Origin: the human T2T-CHM13v2.0 reference genome, Homo sapiens
Length of the DNA: 64,000 nucleotides
NCBI RefSeq assembly: GCF_009914755.1
Contig: NC_060929.1
Reading direction: 5' to 3' (one strand)
The notes beneath the pieces are model-generated. The model was given only the letters and a program-made list of their open reading frames with translations. It was not told where the DNA came from and did no database searches. Positions 12,997 through 27,162 of this stretch are shown here, one piece after another; position 1 is the stretch's first letter, and each line of letters starts with the position of its first letter. The position numbers and the translations under genes were made by a program.

Positions 12997-14351
12997 CAGT
13001 TTTGCAATCATCTCACAATTTCCTTTTCTATCTTTGAAATCAAACTCTGTCCTTACATTGCCTATTTCAACTTTCTGCACCTTTTACCTTGCCTATTTCA
13101 GCTTTCTGCATGTTTACCTCATATTGCTTTTGCCCTGGGGTTCTCCTCCCTCCTTAGAGTTTTATCTGTCTGTGCACTTTCTTTCCTCTCTCTGCTACTT
13201 TGCAAAAGCCTCCCACACAATTCTAGGTAATAGCAATTTAACAACATGCCCTCAGGTGGAATAATCAGCCATCATGATTAGTTAGAGTCAGGTCCTGGCT
13301 GAATCTGGGATTAGGGATGGGTGTCTCCTCAGGACCAAGGCAGTCTAGTCTCAGAAGAATAGAATTAAAGGGAAAATTCCAGTTTCATTAAGTGTGGCAT
13401 TTTTTAATCAGCAAGTCACAGAACCTTATTACCAACATGTATTAAAATGAACTCCATTTTAATGGCAGTGTGTCCATTGTCAAGATATTTGTGGTTCACT
13501 ATGGCAAGTAAGTTCATGCGTCCTAACCCAATCCAGTGGGGGTAAATGAATGAGCTGAAAGAGACTGGAATAACCACGTTGATAAGGATATCACAATGTA
13601 ATTACTGAAAAGATGCCACTTTGGGACCCTTGCTCTTTTCTTTAACAGATTGGTATTTTGTTACTTTTAAACATTCCGTCATATAGTATTCCACCTGAAG
13701 AATATTTTAGCTCATATAATGACATTTAAGAAAAATATAGCAAAAAACCTAGAAGCCTTCTCCAGTGCCAAACTCATTTAGAAAGTTTAGCTTCTGACTA
13801 ATGCAATGATGCAATGTAATACTACCAAATTCTTTCATCATATTTAGGAGTAAGTGATTACTTGTGGAAACTGTAATGTTTCCTAACAAACCGAGTGTTT
13901 CAGGGACAGACCACCCAAATGTATTATTATATAAAGATGTCAGTTACATAATTACATGAGAAAACAACACATTTTACTTTTTTGTTTTTTAACAACAATT
14001 ATCCTCTCTGGGGAAGAGAGGCTGAATTAGCTGCTTAGCAAAGTGGCTCCTAGGGGCTCCAATTAACTTAGACACATTTAAACTGGATCCTTGATAATGT
14101 ACATTTAACATGAGGAAAATGAAATTGTATTTTCTTCCTCCCAATCCCTAACTCCTGCCATGTCTGAACTGACTTTGCTGAGACCACCAACAGTGAAGAT
14201 GCATTTAAAAACTGCAACTCACATCTAAATGTAGGCCATATACCAGCTGCCTTGTTTTAAAATTTTTTTTAAATTATTTTGAAAGTCCTATGCCATTAAT
14301 ATTAATATTAGAGCCATTTAAATGAAAACACACAAACCTCAAATCAACACT

Positions 14352-14488
14352 TATTTTTCTTTCTTTTTATATGGACAGGGGTCTCACTATGTTGCTGAGG
14401 CTGGTCTCAAACTCCTGTCTTCAAGCAATCCTCCCACCTCAGTCTCCCAAAGTACTGGAATTACAGGCATAAGCCACCGTACCTGGTC
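14352..14488 (-). mobile_element. FLAM monomer
   Basis: GGGTCTCACTATGTTGCTGAGGCTGGTCTCAAACTCCT...AGCCACCGTACCTGGTC. Confidence 0.85.
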
Positions 14489-14542
14489 TAAACATCTACT
14501 TTTCTTAATGGGTGCCAAGACATTCTTTAAAAGTAACTGGGA

Positions 14543-14841
14543 GGCTGGGCGCGGTGGCTCATGCCTGTAATCCCAGCACTTTGGGAGGCCGAGGCAGGCA
14601 GATCACGAGGTCAGGAATTCAAGACCAGCCTGGCCAAGATGGTGAAACCCCATCTCTACTAAAAATACAAAAATTAGCTGGGCATGGTGGTGGGTGACTG
14701 TAATCCCAGCTACTCAGGAGGCTGAGGCAGAGAATTGCTTGAACCCGGGAAGTGGAGGTTGCTCCGAGCCGAGATTGTGCCACTGCACACCTGGGAGACA
14801 GAGCGAGACTCCGTCACAAAAAAAAAAAAAAAAAAAAAAAA
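14543..14841 (+). mobile_element. AluSg-like
   Basis: GATCACGAGGTCAGG...GGCCAAGATGGTGAAACCCC; long poly-A. Confidence 0.93.
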
Positions 14842-15184
14842 GCAATTGGGGATTTTTTTAAATGATGTGAGTGTGCAGTTGCATTTAATTCAAATAATAT
14901 TTTATAAACATTTGTCTACATTAGGGGTGTGCAATAAATGATTTTAAAAATGACTATACTGCTTATGTATAAAACAGAAATATGTTTTAAATATTTGATG
15001 CCTCACTACTCATAATTCTCAGTATTTTGGCAGACACTTATTGAGTGTCCAATGTCAGAAAACAGTTACACTACTAAGGTCCAAATAAGCAAAATAGCTA
15101 TAGATTACTCATCTTCAAGAGTAGTTTATCATAGTTTATCAGTAAGAAAATTTGGCAAAGGAAGAGTACATTTTCATTAAAATG

Positions 15185-15386
15185 CTCAGTGTTTCAATGA
15201 GGATGCTCCTGGCATTTAAGATATGATAATTCTCCCTTTTCGGGGGTTGGCCTTGTCCTGGCATTCCTGGCCCCTGCCCACAAAATGCTAGCAGTGACCC
15301 CAGTTATAGTGATAATCAGAATATTCCCATACGTTCCCCAAAGTCCCCTAGGCAAAAAAGTACTTTCTCCAGTTGGAAACCACTGA
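15185..15386. mobile_element. MER20-type hAT MITE
   Basis: GCATTCCTGGCCCCTGCCCACAAAATGCTAGCAG...CCAGTTGGAAACCACTG. Confidence 0.65.
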
Positions 15387-15837
15387 CCCAAAGAGTCTCT
15401 AGCTTAAAACAGAAACAAAAACAGAATAAGGGTGAAATGTGCTAAAGCTTCATTATGTGGTTTTAAAAAGCAGGGGTGGTTGAGTGTTCCTTAATAACTG
15501 TATATAACTTTACTTCCTTGTCTTTCAGTTTATTTGTAAAAGGTTTGTCTCCTGGGGGTTCATACATTATCAATAATTCTCATTGGCTTCTTCAGAGGAG
15601 GATGTTCAGGCAGATGTTCAGGAGAATGTTCAGCTAGATGGGTGAGCAAAAAACCCAGTTTTCTTAAACTTTTAGTTAAACTCAGCTCTGCCGCCTAGCT
15701 GGGGACAATGGCAAGGGAAATCAGATTGCAGACTAGTGTCTCCTGGGACTAATCTGACATTTATGAGGGGAGCCTCTGGTTGACGAAATGCGAGTACCAG
15801 AACAGAGCTGATGCATGTGTGATCATACTCAACATTA

Positions 15838-16192
<355 letters not shown>

Positions 16193-16424
16193 CTAGGTCT
16201 ATATGACAAATGTTTTTCTTTTGCTACCTAAAAATAGGTTTCTGAGGCTGGTTAGGTGAAAGTCCCCTAGGTAGGAATGGTATTGTCTCTAGTTAGAGAC
16301 TACTGATCCAAAGAGACCCTAGATAAAAAGAGAATAATGGTAGGCTAACACCTTACACCTGTACCTTACGCCTGAAGGCAGAAGGGAGCAGGAGCACTGG
16401 GATGGACACAGGCTCAACATATCT

Positions 16425-16490
16425 AAAATTATAATCTTCCTATTTTTACAGATGGGAAGAAAGAGTTCAGAGATGTGGGATGACTTGCAG
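16425..16490 (-). mobile_element. MIR core remnant
   Basis: CCTATTTTTACAGATGGGAAG...AGTTCAGAGATGTGGGATGACTTGC. Confidence 0.55.
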
Positions 16491-17119
16491 ACATTCTGTG
16501 CAGTTTAATAAACCTTCCTTCTCCTGTATCGTACAGCAAGATCTCTTTCCAACATTACTACCTCAATAGGGTGAAGAATACATTTCTCATCTACCATTTG
16601 ACAAATTTATGCTGAAATGCAATTCGTTTGCTGAACCTTGGAAAACAACTCAACAAAGTTCTGTCCTTTACATTATAAATCCAGTTCACAAAAACCTTTC
16701 AAACTTTTTTCTCCAAATAATCTGTCTTCTTCTTTATGTCCTGAGCTCAGAAGAGTTCCCTAATCTGAGCTCCTCAACTCTGGGCTCGTCGTTCTTCATT
16801 TCTTGATATGTGCCCACTGCTAAGAGTTGTCTTTGTTTATCACTCTAGCCACAGCATTCAAAATCTCCAAGCAGTAGACAGTCTCTCTGCTGCCCTATCA
16901 ATCTCTTTTCCTGACTATTTCTTAAAAACCAAATTAAGGGTACCTTTTATTTCCTGATGAATAGCAGGCCTTCCCACACCACTTCTTGTTTCACTCTCCC
17001 TAAATCCTCATCACCTGATAATTTTCAATAATGATCCAAATGGCAACAGACTACATCATCTCAGCACCATAGCATGAGAGAATGAAAGGGACCTTGGAGG
17101 TCATTTGATTAACTGGATA

Positions 17120-17360
17120 AAAAGTGTTCTCTAAGAAACTTTTCAGATTCTTCAGTGGGCATCCAGGAGCAGGATGAAGGAGGTGAATGGGGAAGGGGGC
17201 AGCAAGCAGAATTTATGGTCCTCACCTCCAATTTAGCCAGAACAATTCCACTTTAATCTGTTTCTCTAATTATGCTAAGTACAATTTTATTTTAAAAAGA
17301 AAATAAAAAGAGGGACGCTTTGGAAATCTCCACTTAAAAAAAAGAAATGTAAAACCACTA
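17120..17360. mobile_element. Possible MER102-like hAT remnant
   Basis: CCTCCAATTTAGCCAGAACAATTCCACTTTAATCTGTTT...AAAACCACT; weak recognition. Confidence 0.35.
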
Positions 17361-17559
17361 ATCTATTTCCCACCATGCTGAGTCCTTTAAAAAGAGCCTG
17401 ATGTAAACTTTGCAAAAATTTGTGATTAGCAAAGGGTCTTTAAAATGCCTAGTCTCTTAGTAATCATAATCCCTCACCTTAAACACTGGCCTGCACCACC
17501 AAGAAAAGAGAAAATGTGATTTACTGATGGATGTGCTGGGAGAGGAAGAAAGAGACTCA

Positions 17560-17692
17560 TGTTTGACTGCTGATTTTCCCATTAGCTAGCTGCTAAGCCA
17601 CTTAACCTCCTCATGCCTCAGTTTCCTTGCCTGCAGAATGAGAGCTGGGCTCTACTCAGGCATTTTCTAGCTCCAAAATTCTGGGTTCTATG
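17560..17692 (+). mobile_element. MIR/MIR3 remnant
   Basis: CACTTAACCTCCTCATGCCTCAGTTTCCTTGCCTGCAGAATG...TTCTAGCTCCAAAATTCT. Confidence 0.65.
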
Positions 17693-17959
17693 AACCAGAT
17701 TTTTGTGAGGGGGACTGAGCCCTATTTCTCTCGCTTTTCCCATCTCTTGAATAATGTATCGTTCTTTTCCAAAGGAGAAGTGTCCAGGGACATCAGGAAA
17801 AAAAAAAAAAAAAAAGCTTTTATCCAATCTAACACCAGGACTAATGGAATGTTTACAGACAGACTGGCTGGCCTCAGCCCTTTAGTTTCTCCCCTTTTAT
17901 CTTTCTAATCCTCCTTTCAATGTGTCACCCCTCACATCTCTTTCCTTCCTTCTTAGCTC

Positions 17960-18800
17960 CGCTCAAATTTAGCATACCTTTAAGTGGCTACTGTATACAA
18001 GGCACTGCGGTTCAGCACTTGGGTTATATAAAGATGAATAAGGCACAGCCCTGCACAGAAAGGGACTTCTGTAAGGAGGACAACTCTGGCAGAAACATAA
18101 AGGGAAGGTTAGAGATGCAAAAGAATAAAAGTGGAATATTTACATAAGAGATGAGGGCATGAAAAGTCTTTGAGAACTAACTGGGAGGTGGGAGAGAAGC
18201 CGTTCAATATTAATTCAGTGAATCAATCAGCTTGTTACTTACTGAGCTGTGTTCCAGGCACTGTACTACATGCAGCAGTTACAAAATGAAAAGGCCTGGT
18301 CCCTGCTTATGGTCTAAAAAGGAGAGACAGACATGGGAATTGGGTTTGGTGCCAATGAGAACCAGGGCAACACCAACCAAAAGAGGGATGTCCCAAATAG
18401 CAGACATGAGTGGGAGGAGACAGAATAAGTAAACTCCCACTGGAATAAGGAATTTATTTAACATGACGATGCTGAAGGGATGTGGGGGCTAATGGGGCAT
18501 TGGTGCATTCACATTAAGCACACTCAGAGTAACATTTGGATCTGGAGTCAGAAGACAGAGACATCAACACTGAGATGCTGTCAAGAGTGGGGCCAGGAAG
18601 TGGAAGAAATCTCCTAGGTAGAAAGAACAGAGAATAAAGAGAAGGCTGTAGGACCAACATTCGGTAAGTGTCTATACTCAAGGAATAGAGAGGAAAAGAA
18701 AACTGAGTGAAGAAGACAGTGAAAGGAAATGTAGGAAAACAAGTAGGCATGTGCAATGCTAAAATAAGCTCAGGAAGAAGGGAACTTCAAACAAAAAGAA
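17960..18800 (-). mobile_element. L2 remnants (two 3'-end pieces plus body)
   Basis: CTACTGTATACAAGGCACTG...AGATGAATAAGGCACAGCCCTGC and ACTGAGCTGTGTTCCAGGCACTGTACTA. Confidence 0.65.
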
Positions 18801-18807
18801 ATGTTCA

Positions 18808-19440
<633 letters not shown>

Positions 19441-20382
19441 GAAAAAAATAAGGGAAAAAAAGGAAGCAGAGAAGGGTGGGGTATAGTAGACAGAAAAAAT
19501 GTCATAAAATTTAGCAGCTAGTTAATAAAAGGCTTTTGAGACAGCAGTTTCACTCATATCTATATTGAGTCCATGAGGGTCTTCCTTAGAAAAAATTAGC
19601 AAAAAAGAAAAGCTACACGGCAGACTGATGTATTATGGATTCAAAGAACACTCTTTTCTTTTCCTCTAGTTTTTTTAAGTTTGGAGGAGGCTCCAGCAAG
19701 GCTTTTAGGCCAAGGAAAAGAAATGAATCTGCTACAGATTCTCTCCCCTGACTATTGTCCAACAAAAAACAAAAACACCAACTCTATGTTAGAAGTTTTC
19801 AATCTTTTGAAAACCTTTCTTCTGGTCACTAGCTGCATGTGAGGGTGGTAATCTACATAAATAAATGGACATCACGTCTGCCTGCAATAACGCCTGGATA
19901 GACTCTCACCACAACTAGGGTACATCTGGAATAATCAGTGAAATTATACTGAGTGAGGCAAACAGCTACCCTTCAGAAGGGTTGAAACTGAGGAAAAAGG
20001 AGAGAATGATGTAACAACTGATGTAGAAAGATGTGTCATAAATATTAAGCCACCTTGGGTACCAAAACCCTGGATGGCAAATCCTGCACTAAAGTTTAAC
20101 AAATGACCCAGCCTGTCTCTGCGGTACATATAGTATCACTATATTTCTCCAAGTCTGATACTTCCTCTGAGTTTTTCATACCCTAGTCTCTGTCTTCCCT
20201 TATAAGAAATAATCCCTGTCCCTAATTCCTAACCAAAAAAAGGGAAATAAATAAAACATATACCTAACAAAACATATCCATTTTGATCTGTACAAACTTG
20301 TTCAAATTTCTCTATATAAACCCTTCCTTGAAAAAAGGTTTAGTGCTGACATATTAGATTTCACAGGAATCACCCCTGTACC

Positions 20383-20666
20383 CAGGGCTGGCCTCATGAG
20401 TGTGTGAGCCACTGTGCAGTCGCCTAAGACCCCACTTTCAAAAGGGGCCCAGGCTCAGAAGGGCTCTGGGCTTAGTTTAGTACTCTGCTGTTACTATCTT
20501 GAAATTCTTAATAATTTTATCTCTGAATTTGTGTTTTGTAAGTGAAGTCGGATGAGCAGAGGATAAAACTTTATATTTTAGTACTTTTAATGGTACTTTT
20601 TGCCCGACTTTGAACAATGGAATTTTTGTTTTGCACTATGCCCTGCAAATTATGTAGCCAGCCCTG
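20383..20666 (+). mobile_element. MER96B-like hAT MITE
   Basis: Perfect 10-bp TIR CAGGGCTGGC...GCCAGCCCTG; 8-bp flanks CCTGTACC / CCTGCAAC (6 of 8 match); internal CTCTGCTGTTACTATCTTGAAATTCTTAATAATTTT. Confidence 0.8.
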
Positions 20667-20749
20667 CCTGCAACCCTCTCCCCCAGAAATGGGTTGTGTG
20701 TGCTTAGGTACTAGACTCAGTAATCCACCCTCCCTTTTATTCATTTCCT

Positions 20750-20890
20750 TGCATTATGTACCTTAATACATTATACACACCTTTGAGGGGAGAGCCACTA
20801 TCTTTTCCATCTCTTTATCACAAGCTCCCCATATCCTAGTGCCTAACAGAGTGCTAAGGATGCAGAAGGTACTTGATAAATATTTGTAAA
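20750..20890 (+). mobile_element. L2 3' end
   Basis: CCTAGTGCCTAACAGAGTGCT...AGGTACTTGATAAATATTTG. Confidence 0.65.
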
Positions 20891-23176
20891 GTCAATACCC
20901 CACTCTAGTTAGACAATTCTCAACTACTCCATGATGACCACCACTGAACCTTTTCAAAACTTCAAAATCTATCTGGTTTCCAGAACATTATAAAGTATCA
21001 ATCTCCTTATTCTATGGAAAGCTACAAAAATAATGACCTCTCCTTTTAGGCTTGTAAAGAAACAACATTTCATACTAATACAACAATGATAAGTGTATTA
21101 GGTTTGTTTTTAAGGGCTTTATTTTCTTTTAACTTTTTGTTAAATCTGAGCATCAAAGCATTTTTTGAAAGTTTACTGTTCCAGCATCTTAGATCCCTAA
21201 AGATGGCAACTCAACTAACTTTTCCTAAGGGTTGAATGCTGCTTCATGCAATGCTTAATTTGAGTCAACAATGGCTGAAGGAACATCCTTAAATGCTTAT
21301 CTCAAGAGGAGCAAATGTAGCTACTGGCCTCTGGCAATCCAAAGGAAAATAACTGAGGTCAAGTTCTGTCTTAAATTCTCAGTACCATTACACCTTGTAC
21401 TATTGCTAGATTCTCGTGTTGGCCCATTTTAGGCTCTTTATAATGATATGATTTATATCTCATGACTCAAATTCATTACAGATGGACCATACCCAAGATA
21501 AATGCCACAAGGCACAAACAACTCTTCATCTACTCCACAGCTTCCAATGGTTGGAGTCACTGGACGCTAAAAAATCACTTATATGAAAAATATGGATTGA
21601 ATTGGTTACGTATCTTACAAGACTTCAGGTTCAACAGTTTTCTTTTTCCCATTTTGGCAAGCATAGATAGAGAACTCAGAAATGTGTCCTTGGCTACTAA
21701 GAGGGGAGGCAGATCCAGGACACACATGGAATAAAGCAAAGCCAATTTAATAATGGTGCCCTTTATCCAAAGATGAATGAAAGACATCAGTCGTCCTCTA
21801 AACATTAATGGAGGGACACAAAACCAAAAGGCAATGGTTGAGAGGCAAAGGAAGTGACCTAGAGAGGGTATTGAGTAGTCAAAATAGTGGAGAATTGAGA
21901 AGAGGAACTTGGGTTTGGGGAGGTGTCATAAGGGTAATAAGAGTGTCAATTGCAACTTTTTCATTAGCTTAAAAGAAGAAGTTGTTGATGTTTAACATTA
22001 GTTGTAATAATCTAAGAGGGACCAAATGTACACTGTGTTGAGATATTTTAGGCAGAGTAATCAAGACAGAGAGAGCATACTTTATTCACACTGTGACTAA
22101 ACCTAGCGCACTGCCAAAAAATAGGATTTGGAACAAATTTTGGAATAAAAACTACTCATCTGTTTTGCAAAAAGAAATCAGAAGCACATCAGCATAATCA
22201 GTAATTTTAAACTTGCCTATTAAGTCAGGACACTGATCGCTAACAGATGCATATATTTGCAAATTTCTTCAACAAAGTTGACAAGTTCTGTATCACAGGT
22301 CTCTTCTTGCTGCCCTGTAATATATGTTTCTGAATTTCTAACTATGCTCTCATTGCTAATGATTCTGTGTATCTCTGTCATTTCAGAGATACCCAGAGTG
22401 GTTTCTATTGACCAGTCAAATTCTGCATTGTGAGAAAGCCCAAAAGTAGGCCTTTAACCAGGTCTTGATAGTTAATAATTTTCTGAACTCAATGCAAATT
22501 GAGCAAAAACGATTGGCCATTAGTAGTAGTCAATGGAAAAAGCCCCTGCTTTAGTCTGGAGACTAAATGTGTAAACACTCTGGGCTGTACCTGAAGCACT
22601 GTGGTGAAGGGCATGGGCTTCAAAATATATTCTGAATGAGCAAATGGGCTCCCAGGGTAACTTAGAATGTAGTTTATGAACTAGCTCATTTTGGAAGTTA
22701 CAAATACAATGTACCACAGTGGGGGAAATGTGGTATTCACAGCTGAAGACTTATCTAACAGTGACAGTGAGAATGGAATAATGGAATAATGACACATAAG
22801 TATGAATGAAGCTGTATCTCTTTGCTTCAAATTTGGCCAACAACCACACGTGAGCTGGGAACAACATGGCTACATACCACAATCCCCTACATCCTCAAAC
22901 TGGTGACATTTATCAGCCAGCCATTTCTCACAAATGTGGATTTTTATAGATAGGAGTTATGAAAAGTACATGCACATTGAAGATCCACAATTCTGCTGAA
23001 GGTCTTTCATGAGAATTTTGAAAATTTCCTTCAAAATCAAACTGTTTTCCCTCAAACAAAGCCTGAGCTATGAAAACAGGTTTAAGTTGCCAAAGAATTC
23101 ACCTGTGATTGTTTGTAGTCTAACATCTAAAGGACTGGAATGGAATGTCAGAATGTCAGTCAGAAAATATTTTCTT

Positions 23177-23220
<44 letters not shown>
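23177..23220. repeat. (TCTA)11 tetranucleotide STR
   Basis: Perfect array read directly. Confidence 0.97.
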
Positions 23221-23223
<3 letters not shown>

Positions 23224-23659
23224 CTACTTTGGCCTGGAATTAAACTTGAGAAATTTAGAAACATCATTCTTGTGCCCCTCCTTTTAAAAACGAAAAACAA
23301 ACACCAAAAAATACAGCTAATGGGCATATTTCATTAGAAACAAAAGAAACATAAAAAACTGTTAGAAACAAAAGTAAGCGTATCAGTCAGTAACTTTAAA
23401 CACAAGAAGCACACAGACTTCCCAAACTAAACATGAAGAGTATTAAAAGGAATCTTTAACAATGGCACACAAGTGTGAATAAAAATCTCTCCATCTTTTC
23501 TGATAGTCTCTCACTAACTCCACCTTAAAATCTCACAAAAGCCTTACTTTTGCACTTCCATAGGAAACTTTCCTTCAGTAACCAATTTCCTTGCCATCGC
23601 TTTGCCACTTAGGTGACAGGAAGAACTTTGCTTAATACTGGACAACATTCCCAGCACTT

Positions 23660-24120
<461 letters not shown>

Positions 24121-24281
24121 CACTTATGTATTGATTGCCGCCTCTCTATCACAGAGCCATTTGCACTTACTGGTAAATTATTTTAGAGTTTGGTAGTGCT
24201 ATATTTACAGGACATTAGATAAATACTGCTGGATGGTTACAAATTTGTAGGGGTACGAGCATCTGCGATTACATGTGATTT

Positions 24282-24313
24282 TGTGTGTGTGTGCCTGTGT
24301 GTGTGTGTGTGTG
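24282..24313. repeat. (TG)n microsatellite, interrupted
   Basis: Read directly. Confidence 0.9.
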
Positions 24314-24379
24314 TAAGAGGGGTTATAGCTGAAGTTTATTTCAATGAGTTCACATACAGAAGAAAAGAAATGTACATTT

Positions 24380-24760
24380 TGTTGAGGGCCTACAATGTGC
24401 TAGTCAGCATATTATGTTTTCTGCTAACTTAATCATCAAAACAATCCTGCAAAACAAGTGTTCTCTTTCTAGTTTTTAAATTCTAATGTGTGTTTTCTTT
24501 TTCTTTTTTCTTTTGAATAATAGTTATTATTATTTTAAATAGGGAGGAGTTCTCACTATGTTGTCCAGGCTGCTCTCGCACTCCTGAGCTGAAGTGATCC
24601 TCCCGTTTCAGCCTCCCAAAGTACTAGGATTACAGGCATGAGCCACCACGCCCAGCCCGTGTTTGTTTTTTAAACAGATATGGGAACTGAGGCTTCGTGA
24701 GGCTAAGCAAACTATTAAATTAATGTCACATAGGTAGTAGATGGCAGAAGACAAGACACC
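24380..24760 (-). mobile_element. MIR split by a FLAM
   Basis: TTGAGGGCCTACAATGTGCTAG...AACAATCCTG then ACAGATATGGGAACTGAGGCTT...GTCACATAGGTAGTAGATGGCAG. Confidence 0.65.
24493..24657 (-). mobile_element. FLAM monomer
   Basis: TCTCACTATGTTGTCCAGGCTG...GAGCCACCACGCCCAGCC with T-rich tail. Confidence 0.85.
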
Positions 24761-24944
24761 CCCACTCCAAACATACCTTCTGGTGTCCTATACTATTTGC
24801 CCTTCTGTTCTCTTCTTTAGTTCCCAAAGACCCAGAGAGCTCAATTGTTCACAGGATCCAGTCTGTCCCCCAGGTGACTGTATTTATAATGGTAGAGCAT
24901 ATAATATTTGTCTCATATTTTAACACTTTTAAGAATGCTTTATT

Positions 24945-25581
<637 letters not shown>

Positions 25582-25827
25582 GAATGCTTTATTGACTGTT
25601 TTTGTTTACATCTCCCAAGTACTGGCAAACCCCTTTAAATTTAGAGGCTACTGAATCCAGAAGCCTGGTTCCATCCATGGTCTTAGTGTAAACACTGTCT
25701 TCATAATTGTGGCCACAGTTGTTTCTGGGCTATAACTGAGGTGACATTTCCTAGATATACCCCAGAAATCATTTCTTAGTTCTGCTTTCCAGAGTGTCTG
25801 AAAAGCCACACCAGAAAAATTAAATAC

Positions 25828-26056
25828 AAGTATTTCAAACAGTTTGACCATAAGTAACTGTAAGAAATATTTTGATATTGAGACCGAGTACACATGGATA
25901 TATGTGTGTAAATACATATGCACAACAAAAAAGATTTTTTTTTTTTACAAAACAGTGTGTTCTCTTATAACAATTGATTTTTTTTTTTAACATGAAATCC
26001 ACAAAAGTCTGTATATGACTCCCTAATCATGCTGCAACCAACAGTTTGAAAAACAG
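25828..26056. mobile_element. Possible MER113-like hAT remnant
   Basis: Ends GTATTTCAAAC...CAGTTTGAAAAACAG; diverged. Confidence 0.4.
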
Positions 26057-26119
26057 GGATGGAGAACATACTGTTCCAATTTTAATTAATATTTTGCACA
26101 GAATGGAATTAAAAAAGTC

Positions 26120-26861
26120 TTGTTCAGACAAAATAAATAACATTTATTGATTTCCTTTCATTTATTTGTTCTAAATGTACTTAAAATGAGGCTGTCATTG
26201 TTATCCATGAGGTGGGGAATGGATAGGTTCCCTTTTCACTACATGCACCCTTCTATACCTTTTGAATTTTGTACCAGCTTGAGTGCATTGTCCATGTGAA
26301 GGTTAGGTAAAACAGGCGGGGTGCGGTGGCTCACGTCTGCAATGTCAGCACTTTGGGAGGCCGAGGTGGGTGGATCACCTGAGGTCGGGAGTTCGAGACC
26401 AGCCTGACCAACATGGAGAAACCCTGTCTCTACTAAAAAAATACAAAATTAGCCGGGGTGGTGGTGCATGCCTGTAATCCCAGCTACTCGGGAGGCTGAG
26501 GCAGGAGAATTGCTTGAACCCAGGAGACGGAGGTTGCAAAACTCCGTTTCAAAAAAATAAAGTTAGGTGAAACAAAATTTTTACTCTTCTGAAAGTCAAA
26601 TTTTTAATTGGGGCTGGTTCTGCCTTGCTTGATTTCATTTTGTTCTTAGTGTTTTAAGACTGATTTCTGGAAAACAGTTTTTGAAAGAAGAGTAGCAAAA
26701 CTTCAGGTCTGTGGCTTTCTAAAGCATAATTCTCCATTTTCTAAAAGTATTGATCCGCCTTGGGCTCTTTGTCAGTTTTATGCACTTTTGTAATACTCTT
26801 TGCGTTTTCAAGATGGATAGCCAATGGTGTTTTGATAAACTTGGTCAATTTCTTTACTACC
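26120..26861 (-). other. Candidate terminal exon
   Basis: Minus-strand acceptor TTGCATTTTAG / GGTAGT at 26861; two AATAAA (26161-26166, 26143-26148) followed by T-rich sequence. Pattern only. Confidence 0.2.
26315..26560 (+). mobile_element. AluSp-like with right-arm deletion
   Basis: GAGGTTGCA joined directly to AAACTCCGT; flanks GTTAGGTAAAACA / GTTAGGTGAAACA. Confidence 0.93.
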
Positions 26862-27030
26862 CTAAAATGCAAGTAACTGGCCTTCTAGCTTTAAATATAT
26901 TCATCTTATTCAAATAGTATTTCAACAGATTTTCTCCCTATAGCATCTTCAGTTTTTGTCCCCTCTAAAATGGCATATGATCCTGGCCTTAAATAAAATA
27001 TTTTTATCTTTAAATTTTAAAAGAAAGAGT

Positions 27031-27162
27031 GGCCAGGCGCGGTGGCTCATGCCTGTAATCCTAGCACTTCAGGAGGCCCAGGTGGGTGGACTACATGAGC
27101 TCAGGAGTTCGAGACCAGCCTGGGCAAGGTGGTAAAACCCCGTCTCTACTAAAATAAAAAAA
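27031..27162 (+). mobile_element. Alu left arm only
   Basis: GGCCAGGCGCGGTGGCTCA...CCCGTCTCTACTAAAA, no right arm. Confidence 0.88.

Noticed and set aside
15599-15640. GATGTTCAGG-like unit repeated three times
   Set aside because: Short degenerate tandem repeat with no further support
22369-22392. 9-bp stem hairpin GTATCTCTG-N6-CAGAGATAC
   Set aside because: Too short for a pre-miRNA; expected by chance in 64 kb
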